Positions 31,063 to 43,375 of a stretch of DNA of 64,000 bases are shown here, in pieces. Every line of letters starts with the position of its first letter. The first letter of the stretch is position 1. The notes beneath the pieces are model-generated. The model did not search any database. It worked only from the letters and a program-made list of their open reading frames with translations, and was not told the origin of the DNA. This DNA comes from an uncultured Eubacteriales bacterium (GTDB lineage: Bacteria > Bacillota > Clostridia > Christensenellales > CAG-138), in the NCBI GenBank assembly GCA_900549955.1, contig URQH01000004.1:5121-69120 (forward strand). The letters are read 5' to 3'. The translations under genes were made by a program, and so were the position numbers.

Positions 31063-32583
31063 ATGCTTGCGAGCGTGGCCAGCCACGGGCTGAACGGCAT
31101 TGCTGGGTTTCCCGTCACCGTGGAGGCGGACCTGTCCGGCGGGCTTCCCGCCTATGACACGGTCGGCCTGCCGGATGCCGCTGTGCGCGAGTCGCGCGAG
31201 CGGGTCCGCGCTGCCATCAAAAACGCAGGGTTTTCGTTTCCCACCGCGCACATTACGGTCAGCCTGGCGCCGGCCGGCATGCGCAAGGAGGGAGCCGTGT
31301 ACGATTTGCCCATCGCCGTTGCGCTGCTCGCGGCTTCCGGACAGGTGCCCGCGCATGCCGCCGATGGGCTTGTAGTGTTGGGCGAGCTGGCGCTGGATGG
31401 GACGGTGCGCGCCGTTTCCGGCGTGTTGCCAATGGCGCTGAGCGCATACGGCTGCGGCATCCGCCGCATCGCCATACCGGCGGGTAACGCGGCGGAGGTC
31501 GCGTATTTGCAGGATCTGGAGGTGCTGCCGGTCCGCTCGCTTTCCGAATTTGTGGCGCATCTTAGAGGCACGGAGCGCATTTTGCCCTGTCCGGTGCGCA
31601 CCTGGGACGCGCATGACGTGGAATACGGCGCCGATTTCTCCGAGATCCGCGGGCAGCAGGGGGCCAAGCGCGCCGCCGAGATCGCCGTGGCCGGCGGTCA
31701 CAATCTGCTGCTGATTGGCACGCCGGGTTCCGGCAAGACCATGCTGGCGCGGAGCATCCCCTCCATTTTGCCGGAACTGACGCTGGAAGAGGCGCTGGAG
31801 ATTACCAAAATTCATTCGGTGACCGGCGCTACGCGGGAGACCGGCGCCGTCATGCAGCGGCCGTTCCGTGCGCCGCATCACGGCGCATCGGCGCCTGCTC
31901 TGGTCGGCGGAGGCGCGCGCGCCCTGCCGGGGGAAATCAGCCTTGCACATCTGGGCGTGCTGTTTTTAGATGAACTGCCGGAGTTTCAGCGAGACGTGCT
32001 GGAATCTCTGCGCCAACCTTTGGAGGATGGCGTGGTCACCGTTACCCGCGCGGCGACCACGGCCACGTATCCGGCCGAATTCATGCTTGTGGCGGCGATG
32101 AACCCCTGCCCGTGCGGCAATCTCGGCTCGCGCACGCAGCAGTGCCGCTGCACGGCCACCCAGATCCAGCGCTACCGCGCGCGCATCTCCGGCCCGCTGC
32201 TGGACCGTATCGACCTGCACGTGGAAATGCCGGAGGTCGGCTATACCGAGTTGTCGGATCGCACGCCCGCGGAGGCATCCGCCGTCATCCGCGCGCGCGT
32301 CAATGCGGCGCGGGCGCGCCAGCGCGAGCGGTTCCGGGAGGACGGCATCCTGTGCAACGCACAGATGGGCGCGCGGCTCGTGCGCAAGTACTGCGCGCCG
32401 GATGCGGAGTCGGAGTCACTGCTGCGGACGGCTTACACGCAGCTCAACCTTTCCGCGCGCGCCTATCAGCGCATTTTAAAGGTCGCTCGCACCATTGCGG
32501 ACGTAGAGGGGTGCGAGCGCATCCACAGGCGGCACTATGCTGAGGCCATCCAGTACAGGAGCCTCGACATGAACGTGAGGTGA
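31063..32583 (+). CDS. YifB/ComM family Mg-chelatase-like AAA+ ATPase
   Basis: Lon-protease-like N-terminal domain, [11 protein letters not shown] Walker [12 protein letters not shown] Walker B, and a C-terminal ChlI-like domain. Confidence 0.92.
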   Translation: MLASVASHGLNGIAGFPVTVEADLSGGLPAYDTVGLPDAAVRESRERVRAAIKNAGFSFPTAHITVSLAPAGMRKEGAVYDLPIAVALLAASGQVPAHAADGLVVLGELALDGTVRAVSGVLPMALSAYGCGIRRIAIPAGNAAEVAYLQDLEVLPVRSLSEFVAHLRGTERILPCPVRTWDAHDVEYGADFSEIRGQQGAKRAAEIAVAGGHNLLLIGTPGSGKTMLARSIPSILPELTLEEALEITKIHSVTGATRETGAVMQRPFRAPHHGASAPALVGGGARALPGEISLAHLGVLFLDELPEFQRDVLESLRQPLEDGVVTVTRAATTATYPAEFMLVAAMNPCPCGNLGSRTQQCRCTATQIQRYRARISGPLLDRIDLHVEMPEVGYTELSDRTPAEASAVIRARVNAARARQRERFREDGILCNAQMGARLVRKYCAPDAESESLLRTAYTQLNLSARAYQRILKVARTIADVEGCERIHRRHYAEAIQYRSLDMNVR

Positions 32584-32587
32584 GCGC

Positions 32588-33736
32588 ATGCAAGCCATTG
32601 ACGAACGGACCCGGTTGCAGCTGTTTGTGCACTATGGCGTAGCGGGCAACGCGCGGCAGTTTCAAAACGTCCGCCTGCACTTTCCAGAGCTTGCGGAGGT
32701 CTACCGTCTGGCAAAGGTAAAGTCGCGTACGGCCTTTTCCTTTCTGCCCGATGCCGCAGCGGCTCGGCTTCTGCGCGCGGCCGAGGACGGTTTTCTGGAC
32801 CGGTATGTGCGCTATCTCGAGGAGCACAACATTGGCGTGTGCTGCCACGGCGATGCGGATTATCCCGCCGTCTTGCGGGAGATACACGACGCGCCGCCGC
32901 TGCTGTTCTATCGCGGGCGGCTGCAGGCCGAGCCCCGGCTGCCGATCGCCATGGTAGGCTCGCGCGTCTGCACGCAGTATGGGCGGGATATTGCGCAGCT
33001 GTTCGCTCACGATCTCGCCGCCGCTGGCTGTACCATCGTATCGGGGCTGGCCGAGGGGATTGACGGGTGCGCCGCGCGCGGCGCGCTCTCCTGCGAGGAG
33101 TCGCCGTATCCAACCGTGGCCGTGCTGGGGTGCGGCATCGACGTGGTGTACCCGGCGTCCCACCGCAAGCTGTTTGATGAGATCGCCGAGCGTGGCGCGG
33201 TCGTGACCGAGTTTTTGCCGGGCACGCGGCCGCTGCGGGAAAATTTCCCCGTGCGCAACCGGATCATCAGCGGCATGGCGCGCGGTCTGGTCGTCGTCGA
33301 GGCGGGGGAGCGCAGCGGCACGTCGATCACCGCCGGGTATGCGCTGGACCAGGGGCGCGAGGTCTTTGCCGTCCCTGGACGGATCACGGACAGGCAGAGC
33401 GTCGGCACCAACCGCATGATCCAGCGTGGCGAGGCCAAGCCGGTGTTCTGTGTGGACGATATCCTGCAGGAGTTTCAGTTTGAGCCCGTCTATGATACGT
33501 TTCTGTCCGGCCCGAGGCGTGTGCCGCTTTCGACGCTGACGCAATCGGAACGTGCGGTTTGCACTGCGCTGTTGCAGGGAGAACGCAGCTTCGACGAGCT
33601 GGCCGACGCGCTTTCACTTCCGGTTGGCGAGCTGAACTCGCTCTTGACAGGGCTGCAGTTTTCCAACATAATTAAGCCACTGTCCGGCCGCTTATATGCA
33701 CTGGATGCGATCAGCACGCAGCTGGTCGACGAATGA
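32588..33736 (+). CDS. dprA: DNA-processing protein DprA
   Basis: Rossmann-like DprA core (IAMVGSR..., SGLAEGIDGCAARGAL, RNRIISGMARGLVVVEAGERSGT). Confidence 0.93.
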   Translation: MQAIDERTRLQLFVHYGVAGNARQFQNVRLHFPELAEVYRLAKVKSRTAFSFLPDAAAARLLRAAEDGFLDRYVRYLEEHNIGVCCHGDADYPAVLREIHDAPPLLFYRGRLQAEPRLPIAMVGSRVCTQYGRDIAQLFAHDLAAAGCTIVSGLAEGIDGCAARGALSCEESPYPTVAVLGCGIDVVYPASHRKLFDEIAERGAVVTEFLPGTRPLRENFPVRNRIISGMARGLVVVEAGERSGTSITAGYALDQGREVFAVPGRITDRQSVGTNRMIQRGEAKPVFCVDDILQEFQFEPVYDTFLSGPRRVPLSTLTQSERAVCTALLQGERSFDELADALSLPVGELNSLLTGLQFSNIIKPLSGRLYALDAISTQLVDE

Positions 33737-33754
33737 TCGTCTGGAGGGTCCCGC

Positions 33755-35857
33755 ATGGCAGATTCGCTTGTCATCGTAGAGTCGCCTGCTAAGGCAAAGA
33801 CAATAGGAAAGTTTCTGGGCAGCCACTACAAGGTCGTCGCTTCCAACGGCCACGTGCGCGATTTGCCCAAGAGCCAGCTGGGCGTGGATGTGAACGACGG
33901 CTTCAAGCCGAAGTATATCACGCTGCGCGGCCGCGGCGAGGTGCTCGAGCGCATCCGTAAGGAAGCGAAGAACGCAAAAAAGATTTATCTGGCGACCGAC
34001 CCTGACCGTGAGGGCGAGGCCATTTCCTGGCATCTGGCAAAGATTCTGGGCCTGGATGAAAACAGCAAGTGCCGTATCGTGTTCAACGAAATTACAGCCA
34101 ATGCCGTGAAGGGTTCCATTAAAAACGTTCGGCCCATCGACATGCGCCTGGTTAATGCGCAACAGGCGCGTCGTGTTCTGGACCGGCTGGCCGGGTATGA
34201 AATCAGCGAAGTGCTGTGGAAAAAGGTACGCAAAGGGCTTTCGGCTGGGCGCGTGCAATCCGTAGCGACCCGCATCATCTGTGACCGGGAGCGCGAAATT
34301 GCTTCTTTTGAGCCGGAGGAGTACTGGCTTATCACTGCACAGCTGCTTGAAAAGAGTGGCAAGAAGACCTTTGAAGCGCGTTACTACGGTGAAAACGGCA
34401 AAAAACGGGATCTGCACACCCAGGAAGAGACGCAAGCGGTGCTGTCGCGCATCCAGGGGCAGATGTTCCAGGCTGTTGAGGTCAAAAATGGGGAAAAGAC
34501 GCGCCATGCCGCGCCACCGTTCACGACGAGCAGCATGCAACAGGAGGCGGCGCGCAAGCTGAGCTTTACGACCAAACGGACCATGATGGTCGCCCAGCAG
34601 CTCTATGAAGGCGTAGAATTGGGGCCAAAGGGAGCCGTCGGCCTGATATCCTATATCCGTACCGATTCCGTGCGCGTGGCCAACGAGGCGCAGCAGGCGG
34701 CGCTCAGCCATATTGCGGAGCGTTTTGGCGCGGCTTATGTGCCGCCGAAGCCCAACGTCTATCGTGGACGTGCCAGCGCGCAGGACGCGCACGAGGCTAT
34801 CCGCCCGACGGACATCAAAAACGTTCCCAGCGCCATTCGGGAGTATCTTTCTAACGACCAGTATAAGCTCTACAAATTGATTTATGAACGCTTCCTGGCC
34901 AGCCAGATGGCGGATGCGCGCCTGGCCGTCACCGCGGTCACGTTCGATGTCAATGGTTGCACGTTCAAAGCCAACGGCTCGCGCGTGCTGTTCGATGGTT
35001 TTACCGCCGTATATACCGAGGGACGGGATGAGGCGCAGGAAAAGGAGATTGCCCTGCCGGCCATGGAACAGGGCGACCAGTTTGTACAGGACAGGGTGGA
35101 GAGCGAGCAGCGGTTTACCCAGCCGCCGCTGCGCTATACCGAGGCGACGCTGGTCAAGACCCTGGAGGAAAAGGGGATCGGCCGGCCGAGCACCTATGCG
35201 CCCACCATTTCCCGCATCATTGAAGTTGGCTATGTGGCGCGCGAAAAGAAACAGCTGGTGCCAACGGAACTGGGCATGACGGTCAACGACTGGATGCAGG
35301 ATAACTTTCCGAACATCGTAGACATCTCCTTTACCGCCGGCATGGAGCAGCAGCTGGACGGCGTGGAGGACGGGAAGGTCGAATGGACGAGCATGCTCGC
35401 CGGGTTCTACAGTCCGTTTGAAAAGACCATTGACGACGCCCTTGCAAGAGAGCCAATCCGCCTGCCAGACCGTGTTTCGGATGTCGTGTGCGACAAGTGC
35501 GGCGCGCTGATGGTCTATAAGCTGGGCAGGTATGGCGAATTTCTAGCCTGCCCAAACTACCCGGCGTGCAAAAATACAAAGCCGATCGTAGAAAAGCTGA
35601 ACGTGCCATGCCCCAAATGCGGCGCGGCGATTATCAAGCGCAAGAGCAAGAAGGGCGCAAAGCGCGTGTTCTATGGCTGTGAGCGATATCCAGATTGCGA
35701 TTTTGTCTCCTGGGACAAGCCGGTCGAGATGAAATGTCCGCGCTGTGGCGGTCTGATGGTCCAAAAGAGCGGACGCAACGGCAGTTACATCGCCTGTACA
35801 GACAAGGCGTGCGGTTATATCCATCGCGCAGCCAAGAAGGAGAAAACGGATGAGTGA
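33755..35857 (+). CDS. topA: DNA topoisomerase I
   Basis: TOPRIM domain (LVIVESPAKAKTIGKFLG), catalytic YIRTDS, and C-terminal Cys4 zinc ribbons. Confidence 0.97.
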   Translation: MADSLVIVESPAKAKTIGKFLGSHYKVVASNGHVRDLPKSQLGVDVNDGFKPKYITLRGRGEVLERIRKEAKNAKKIYLATDPDREGEAISWHLAKILGLDENSKCRIVFNEITANAVKGSIKNVRPIDMRLVNAQQARRVLDRLAGYEISEVLWKKVRKGLSAGRVQSVATRIICDREREIASFEPEEYWLITAQLLEKSGKKTFEARYYGENGKKRDLHTQEETQAVLSRIQGQMFQAVEVKNGEKTRHAAPPFTTSSMQQEAARKLSFTTKRTMMVAQQLYEGVELGPKGAVGLISYIRTDSVRVANEAQQAALSHIAERFGAAYVPPKPNVYRGRASAQDAHEAIRPTDIKNVPSAIREYLSNDQYKLYKLIYERFLASQMADARLAVTAVTFDVNGCTFKANGSRVLFDGFTAVYTEGRDEAQEKEIALPAMEQGDQFVQDRVESEQRFTQPPLRYTEATLVKTLEEKGIGRPSTYAPTISRIIEVGYVAREKKQLVPTELGMTVNDWMQDNFPNIVDISFTAGMEQQLDGVEDGKVEWTSMLAGFYSPFEKTIDDALAREPIRLPDRVSDVVCDKCGALMVYKLGRYGEFLACPNYPACKNTKPIVEKLNVPCPKCGAAIIKRKSKKGAKRVFYGCERYPDCDFVSWDKPVEMKCPRCGGLMVQKSGRNGSYIACTDKACGYIHRAAKKEKTDE

Positions 35858-37145
35858 ACGGCGCGTTGCCGTGATTGGTGCCGGGCTTGCCGGTTGTGAA
35901 GCTGCGGATCGGCTGACGCGGCACGGCATCGCGGTGGACCTGTTTGAAATGAAACCGCAGCGCCGGTCGCCAGCCCATCGAAGCGATGGGTTCGCCGAGC
36001 TCGTCTGTTCCAATTCTCTACGTTCGGACCGGCTGGAAAACGCCGTGGGGCTACTCAAGCAGGAGATGCGGCTGCTCGATTCGCTCATTTTGCGCTGTGC
36101 CGATGCGACGCGCGTGCCTGCCGGCGGCGCGCTGGCGGTCGACCGCGAGGGGTTTTCGCGCCTCGTGACGCAGCAGATCCGCTCCAACCCTCTGATTTGC
36201 GTCCATGAGGGCGAGGTGACGGAGCTGCCGCCCGTGCCGGCGATTATTGCGACCGGCCCGCTGACGTCCGATGCGCTGTCTGCCAGGATCTCGGCGCTGG
36301 TGGGGGGCGACCTGCACTTTTACGACGCGGCTGCGCCCGTCGTGACATACGATTCGCTCGACCACGACCGCGTATTCCGTGCATCCCGGTATGAGCGCGG
36401 CGCGGACTATCTCAACTGCCCGATGACGCGGGAAGAGTACTTCGCGTTCTACCGCGCGCTGGTTACGGCGGAGACGGTGCCGCTGCACTCGTTTGAAACG
36501 CCGCGCGTGTTTGAGGGCTGTATGCCGGTCGAGGTCATGGCAAAGCGCGGGGAGCTTACGCTGGCCTATGGCCCCATGAAGCCAGTGGGGTTGGAGGTGA
36601 ATGGGAAACGGCCGTTTGCCGTAGTGCAACTGCGTCAGGACGATGCGGAAGGCCGGCTCTGGAACCTGGTCGGGTTTCAGACCAATCTGCGGTTCGGCGA
36701 ACAGCGGCGCGTATTTGGCATGATCCCGGGGCTTGCACACGCCGAATACGCGCGGTACGGCGTCATGCATCGCAACACATTCCTGCCGAGTCCCGGCAAG
36801 CTTGACTGCCGCTATCAGCTCAAGACGCGCCCGGGCCTGTTCTTTGCCGGCCAGATCACGGGCGTCGAGGGATATGTGGAATCTGCGGCAAGCGGGCTGC
36901 TGGCCGGCGCGCAGCTGGCCAGGCAATGCCGCGAATTACCGTTTGTTGAGGTGCCGGCTACGACGGCGATTGGCGCGCTCGCACACTACGTATCCGGCTA
37001 TGTGGGGGCTGATTTCCAGCCGATGAACGTGACGTTCGGCATTATGGAGCCATTGCCGGACCCGCCGCGCGGCAAGCGGGAGAGATATCAGGCGATGGCT
37101 TCGAGGGCGCTCGAAATCGTAAAAGAATTGCAAACGTCTTTCTAA
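35850..37145 (+). CDS. trmFO: methylenetetrahydrofolate--tRNA-(uracil54-C5)-methyltransferase TrmFO
   Basis: VAVIGAGLAGCEAA FAD motif, 431 aa. Canonical position after topA, overlapping it by 8 nt. Confidence 0.94.
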   Translation: MSERRVAVIGAGLAGCEAADRLTRHGIAVDLFEMKPQRRSPAHRSDGFAELVCSNSLRSDRLENAVGLLKQEMRLLDSLILRCADATRVPAGGALAVDREGFSRLVTQQIRSNPLICVHEGEVTELPPVPAIIATGPLTSDALSARISALVGGDLHFYDAAAPVVTYDSLDHDRVFRASRYERGADYLNCPMTREEYFAFYRALVTAETVPLHSFETPRVFEGCMPVEVMAKRGELTLAYGPMKPVGLEVNGKRPFAVVQLRQDDAEGRLWNLVGFQTNLRFGEQRRVFGMIPGLAHAEYARYGVMHRNTFLPSPGKLDCRYQLKTRPGLFFAGQITGVEGYVESAASGLLAGAQLARQCRELPFVEVPATTAIGALAHYVSGYVGADFQPMNVTFGIMEPLPDPPRGKRERYQAMASRALEIVKELQTSF

Positions 37146-37148
37146 TTT

Positions 37149-37170
37149 GGGCGATTTTCGCCCTTTTTAT
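37149..37170 (+). terminator. rho-independent terminator after trmFO
   Basis: GGGCGA / TCGCCC stem with a short T loop, followed by TTTTTAT. Confidence 0.6.
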
Positions 37171-37223
37171 GTTAGAATAGAGAAAATGTCGGAATACTAT
37201 GGCGTTCGGAGGAGACAAGACGC

Positions 37224-37759
37224 ATGGAACTGCGCGGGACGACGATCATTGCCGTACAAAAAGATGGCGTATGCGCCGTGGCCGGCGATGGCCAGGTTAC
37301 GATGAACAACAGCAACGTGATGAAAGCGCATGCCAAAAAGGTGCGCCGCGTGTATCACGACAAGGTCGTTGTCGGCTTTGCGGGCAGTGTGGCGGATGCC
37401 TTTTCGCTCTGCGAGCGGTTTGAGCAGAAACTGGAGCAGTACAGCGGCGCGTTGACGCGCGCTGCCGTGTCGCTTGCGCAGGATTGGCGCAGCGACCGGG
37501 TGATGCACAAGCTGGAGGCGCTGCTCATCGTGGCGGACGGAAAGGACCTGCTCATCATATCCGGCACGGGGGAAGTGATCGACCCGGACGACGGCATCGC
37601 GGCCATCGGTTCGGGCGGCATGTATGCGCTGGCGGCTGCGAAGGCGCTGCGCGAGAACACGGAACTGCCGGCGCGGGAGATTGCCGAACGCGCGCTCAGG
37701 ATTGCCGGTGATATTTGCATCTTTACCAACGGCAATATCATTGTGGAGGAGGTGCGCGC

Positions 37760-37763
<4 letters not shown>
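37224..37763 (+). CDS. hslV: ATP-dependent protease subunit HslV
   Basis: [12 protein letters not shown]-terminal Thr nucleophile region, 179 aa. Confidence 0.95.
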
Positions 37764-39154
<1,391 letters not shown>

Positions 39155-39205
39155 TCGGGCATGAATGATCATCGAGGTTCAAATACGCCCGAGTGGAGGG
39201 CAAAT

Positions 39206-40132
39206 ATGAAGCGTTTCCGAGGATTGTTCCTCATCCTGTGTCTCTCATGTATGTTGCTGGTGAGCGCTTGCAGCACTGCGCCGCATGTCAGCGGCCCCGT
39301 GCGCATGGCGCTGGCGTTGGAAGAAGAGTCCGAGCTGCTGGTACTTGAGGCGCCGACCCCCACGGCCGAGCCGCCGGAGCCCACGCCGGAGCCGGCTGCC
39401 GAGCCTGTGGCGCTGTCTATCGAAGCGGAGACTGAGGTCCCGCAAACGGACGAAGCTGCTGCCGGCACTGCGGCTCCCACAGATGCTGCCGGCTCCTCTG
39501 AGGAGCCGACCGCCAAACCCACGTTGAAGCCGACGGCAAAACCCACGGCAAAGCCTACTGCGAAACCGACGGCAAAGCCGACCGCAAAGCCCACGGCGAA
39601 ACCGACGGCAAAGCCTACTGCGACGCCGAAACCCACCGCCACGGTGGAACTGCCGGAAGTGATATCGCCCACGCCGGTACAGACGCCGGAGCCCGTAACG
39701 GACGGCACGACGCCGAAACCGGATGATTCGACGCAGGCCGGCGCCTCGTCCGGCAAGTACTCGCTCGAAGAGCTGGAACTGGCCGCAAAGGTTGCCTATC
39801 TGGAGGCAAAGGGAAAGGGCGAAGAGGCGTATCGCGCCGTTCTGAGCGTCATTTACCACCGCTGTAATTCCTCGGCCTTTGGCGGCGGCGTGACGTCCAT
39901 CTCGACAGAGGTCTATCGCAAGAGCCAGTTTTCGGTGATCGGACACAGCCAGTTTGAGACGATGGATCCCCCGGATGACATTGTGGACTATGCGTACGAC
40001 GTGTTTTGCAACGACAACCCGAACGTACCCTCCGGCGTGCTGTTTTTCCGTGCGGAGAGACTGGGCCTCGAGTGGGGAGACAAGACATATTACAAGACGA
40101 TTGGCGGCAACGCCTTCTACTATGGAAGCTGA
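39206..40132 (+). CDS. SleB-type cell wall hydrolase lipoprotein with Pro/Thr/Ala/Lys repeat linker
   Basis: Lipobox LLVSAC after MKRFRGLFLILCL, a (PTAK)n linker, and a C-terminal Hydrolase_2-like domain (LAAKVAYLEAKGKGEEAYRAVLSVIYHR...QFSVIG). GGAGGG lies upstream of the ATG at 39206. Confidence 0.82.
   Translation: MKRFRGLFLILCLSCMLLVSACSTAPHVSGPVRMALALEEESELLVLEAPTPTAEPPEPTPEPAAEPVALSIEAETEVPQTDEAAAGTAAPTDAAGSSEEPTAKPTLKPTAKPTAKPTAKPTAKPTAKPTAKPTAKPTATPKPTATVELPEVISPTPVQTPEPVTDGTTPKPDDSTQAGASSGKYSLEELELAAKVAYLEAKGKGEEAYRAVLSVIYHRCNSSAFGGGVTSISTEVYRKSQFSVIGHSQFETMDPPDDIVDYAYDVFCNDNPNVPSGVLFFRAERLGLEWGDKTYYKTIGGNAFYYGS
39506..39625 (+). repeat. in-frame 12-nt tandem repeat, 10 units (PTAK/PTLK/PTAT)
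   Basis: Units CCN ACN GCN AAR read directly from the sequence. Synonymous third-position variation between units. Confidence 0.95.
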
Positions 40133-40144
40133 CGAAGGAGAAGT

Positions 40145-41791
40145 ATGGCAGGGAAACTAAAGATTATACCGCTTGGCGGCGTTGGGGAAATTGGGAAGAA
40201 CATGACCGTCCTCGAGTATGGGAACGACATGGTCGTGGTGGATTGCGGCCTGATCTTTCCGGATGAGGATATGCCGGGTATCGACGTGGTGATTCCGGAC
40301 ATGACTTATCTGTCCGAGAACGTGTCCAAACTGCGCGGATTTTTAATTACGCACGGACATGAGGATCACATTGGCGCGTTGCCCTATGCGCTGCGGGAGT
40401 TCAATGTGCCGGTCTATGGCACGAGCTTCACCGTGGCGCTCATTGAGCACAAACTGGAGGAGATGCACCTCAAAGGCCGGCAGCTCGTGACCATTAAACC
40501 GGGCGATAAAATTGAGCTGGGCTGCTTTAAGGTTGAATTTATTAAGACGGGGCACTCCATTGCGGGTGCGGTGGCGCTTGCCATTTCCACGCCGATCGGC
40601 ACCGTAATCCACACGGGCGATTTCAAGGTGGACTTTACGCCCATCGATGGCGAGCCTATCGATATCAATCGCTTTGCGCACTATGGCTCGCGCGGCGTGC
40701 TTGCGCTGCTCTCCGACAGCACGAACATCGAGCGGCATGGATACACCCAGTCCGAACGCGAATTGGGGGCGACATTTGAGCATTGCTTCGAGTCTGCGCA
40801 GGGGCGTGTGATCGTGGCGTCCTTTGCATCCAATGTCTATCGCATCCAGCAGGTTGCAGACGTAGCCATTGCGCATGGCCGCGTGCTGTGCTTCCAGGGC
40901 CGCAGCATGGAGCAGGTTGTCCAGATTGCCATGAAGCTTGGCTATCTGAAAATTCCTGCGGAACGCGTTGTGAATGTCGATCAGCTGAAACGCTATCGCG
41001 ACGACCAGATCTGCGTGTTCACCACTGGCAGCCAGGGCGAGCCGATGAGCGGGTTGTTCCGCATGGCGACCGCCACGCACCGGCTGAACATCGGCAAGGG
41101 CGATACGGTGGTCATCTCCGCATCGGCCATTCCGGGCAACGAGAAGGGCGTTTCCCGCGTCATCAACAACCTCTTTCAAAAGGGCGCCATGGTCATCTAT
41201 GACCGCATGGCCGACGTTCACGTCTCCGGCCACGCCTGCAGGGAAGAGCTGCGCCTGATGATGCAGCTGACGAAGCCTAAGTTTTTCATTCCCGTGCATG
41301 GAGAATACCGGCACCTGTTTATGCACGCACGGCTGGCCGAAGAGATGGGCATTCCGGAGGAAAACATCTTTCGTGCCGAGTGCGGCGACGTCATTGAGCT
41401 GACCACGCGCCGTGGACGCATTACCGGCAGCGTGCAGGCCGGCAGCGTCATGGTGGATGGCATTGGCGATATCGACGACGTCGTGCTCAAGGACAGGCGG
41501 TTGTTGTCGCAGGATGGGCTGGTCGTTGCGATCATCGTGATCGACGTAGAAACCGGCAAGCTGATGGCGGCGCCGGAGATCATTTCCCGCGGGTTTATCT
41601 ACATGCGCGACTCGGAGGAGCTGATCCATGAAACGGTCGCCATGTTGACGGAAGAGGCACAGAAATTTGAAGGCGCGCACAAATCGGAATATTCTGCCAT
41701 CAAAAACGGCATTCGGCAGCGGCTCAAGAGCCTGCTAAAGAGCAAGACCAAGCGCACGCCCATGCTGCTGCCCATTATTTTGGAAATCTGA
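40145..41791 (+). CDS. rnj: ribonuclease J
   Basis: Metallo-beta-lactamase/beta-CASP fold with ITHGHEDHIGALPY, 548 aa. Confidence 0.95.
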   Translation: MAGKLKIIPLGGVGEIGKNMTVLEYGNDMVVVDCGLIFPDEDMPGIDVVIPDMTYLSENVSKLRGFLITHGHEDHIGALPYALREFNVPVYGTSFTVALIEHKLEEMHLKGRQLVTIKPGDKIELGCFKVEFIKTGHSIAGAVALAISTPIGTVIHTGDFKVDFTPIDGEPIDINRFAHYGSRGVLALLSDSTNIERHGYTQSERELGATFEHCFESAQGRVIVASFASNVYRIQQVADVAIAHGRVLCFQGRSMEQVVQIAMKLGYLKIPAERVVNVDQLKRYRDDQICVFTTGSQGEPMSGLFRMATATHRLNIGKGDTVVISASAIPGNEKGVSRVINNLFQKGAMVIYDRMADVHVSGHACREELRLMMQLTKPKFFIPVHGEYRHLFMHARLAEEMGIPEENIFRAECGDVIELTTRRGRITGSVQAGSVMVDGIGDIDDVVLKDRRLLSQDGLVVAIIVIDVETGKLMAAPEIISRGFIYMRDSEELIHETVAMLTEEAQKFEGAHKSEYSAIKNGIRQRLKSLLKSKTKRTPMLLPIILEI

Positions 41792-41808
41792 TTGGAGGTT
41801 TGAGGATC

Positions 41809-42153
41809 ATGGTCGTTTATGACACGGCGAGACAGCTGGCGGAGGAACTGAAATCGAGCGACGAATACCGCGCATATGCCGCGGCCCGCGAAACGGCCAT
41901 GGCAAATGAAACGACGCGCGCGCTGGTGGCGGAATACCATAAACTGCAGATGCAGGCGCAGGCCGTCATGGTACAGGGCGGGAAAGACGAAGAGCTGCTG
42001 CAAAAGCTGCAAAAGGTTGGCGAGGTGCTTCAGCTGGACAAGGATGCTTCGGCCTTTCTGCTGGCGGAGTATCGGCTGAACCGCATGTTGGGCGATGTCT
42101 ACAAAATTCTCGCGGAAGCGATAGACGTCGACCTGAGTGGCCTGGAGGGATAA
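41809..42153 (+). CDS. YlbF/YmcA family regulator-like protein
   Basis: ~115 aa helical protein (LAEELKSSDEYRAYAAARE...). The ATG at 41809 lies 10 nt after GGAGG; the track start at 41800 is a TTG. Confidence 0.75.
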   Translation: MVVYDTARQLAEELKSSDEYRAYAAARETAMANETTRALVAEYHKLQMQAQAVMVQGGKDEELLQKLQKVGEVLQLDKDASAFLLAEYRLNRMLGDVYKILAEAIDVDLSGLEG

Positions 42154-42190
42154 GCTTGCGCCGGAGCGCACAGCTTGTTATACTGATGCT

Positions 42191-43363
42191 ATGGCAACGA
42201 CACAGCACAAAAAGGGATTGAGCGCAAAGCAGCGCAGGCTGCGCAGAATGTGGCGCACGGTGCGCCCGTTCGTCGTGTTGGCGGTGAGCGTGGTGGTCGT
42301 GTTTTTTGTAGCGCGGTTTACGGTCAACTATGTGTTGTCCAACTTTATCAATCCGGTAGATGTCAACGATGCGACGCCGATCGAGGTCGTCATTCCGTCC
42401 TCCTCATCGGCGAGCACGATTGCGCGCATCCTCTACAATGCCTGCGGGGAGGATGAGGAAGGACTCATAGCCAACACCGCCGTTTTCAAGGTCTATGTCG
42501 ACTTTGTGGGCAAGGCCAACAAGATGCAGGCGGGTACGTATATCCTGTCCAAGAACATGTCGATCAAGCAGATTGTGGACATCATCTGCGAAGGCAACCC
42601 GCCAAAGGAGTCCATCACGCTGACGATTCCGGAGGGGTATACCGTGTCCGATATCGCGAACCTGCTTGTGGAGAAGGGCCTGATTGAGGACCCCGCGGAA
42701 TTTACTAACGCCTGTGTGGACCAGACCGGCTTTGAAAGCTTTACGTTCCTGCCGGCATCGGGGGCGGGGAGACGGTATTTGCTGGAAGGCTACCTGTTCC
42801 CGGATACCTACGAGGTGTTTGTGGACGCCTCCGTAGACTCGATCATCATTCGATTACTCAACCGGTTCAATGAAATCTTTACCGACGAGTATATCGCGCG
42901 CGCTGAGGAACTGGGCATGACGATGGACGAAGTGGTTACGCTCGCCTCCATGATCGAACGGGAGGCGCAGGTGGATACCGACTTTGCAAAGGTCTCGGCC
43001 GTGTTCCACAACCGCCTGGAACAGGGGATGCGGCTGGAGTCCTGCGCCAGCCTCTCCTATGTACTCAATGCCCGGAAATACACCTTTACAGAATCGGAGC
43101 TTGCAACGGATTCGCCGTACAATACCTACCGGCAGGCGGGGCTGCCCGTCGGCCCCATCAGCAACCCGGGCAAGCTGGCCATTGAAGCGGCGCTGTATCC
43201 AAACGAAGAGTTTCTGGAAGAAGGGTACCTGTATTTCTGCAACGGCAAGCTGCAGGTGACCAATGCCGACGGCACCGTCACGCACAACTATGCGCTGGTG
43301 TTTGACAAGACTTATGAAGAACATCAGCAACACGTCATAGAATACCGCCCATACTGGCCGTAA
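42191..43363 (+). CDS. mltG: endolytic murein transglycosylase MltG (YceG-like)
   Basis: N-terminal TM and a YceG domain (TIPEGYTVSDIANLL, LASMIEREA, YNTYRQAGLPVGPISNPG). Confidence 0.92.
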   Translation: MATTQHKKGLSAKQRRLRRMWRTVRPFVVLAVSVVVVFFVARFTVNYVLSNFINPVDVNDATPIEVVIPSSSSASTIARILYNACGEDEEGLIANTAVFKVYVDFVGKANKMQAGTYILSKNMSIKQIVDIICEGNPPKESITLTIPEGYTVSDIANLLVEKGLIEDPAEFTNACVDQTGFESFTFLPASGAGRRYLLEGYLFPDTYEVFVDASVDSIIIRLLNRFNEIFTDEYIARAEELGMTMDEVVTLASMIEREAQVDTDFAKVSAVFHNRLEQGMRLESCASLSYVLNARKYTFTESELATDSPYNTYRQAGLPVGPISNPGKLAIEAALYPNEEFLEEGYLYFCNGKLQVTNADGTVTHNYALVFDKTYEEHQQHVIEYRPYWP

Positions 43364-43375
43364 TGGCATCGCTTC

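Noticed and set aside
39506-39625. Regular 12-nt periodic repeats that could be mistaken for a mini CRISPR or satellite array.
   Set aside because: The period is far too short and there are no spacers. The repeats are in frame inside a supported CDS and encode PTAK units.
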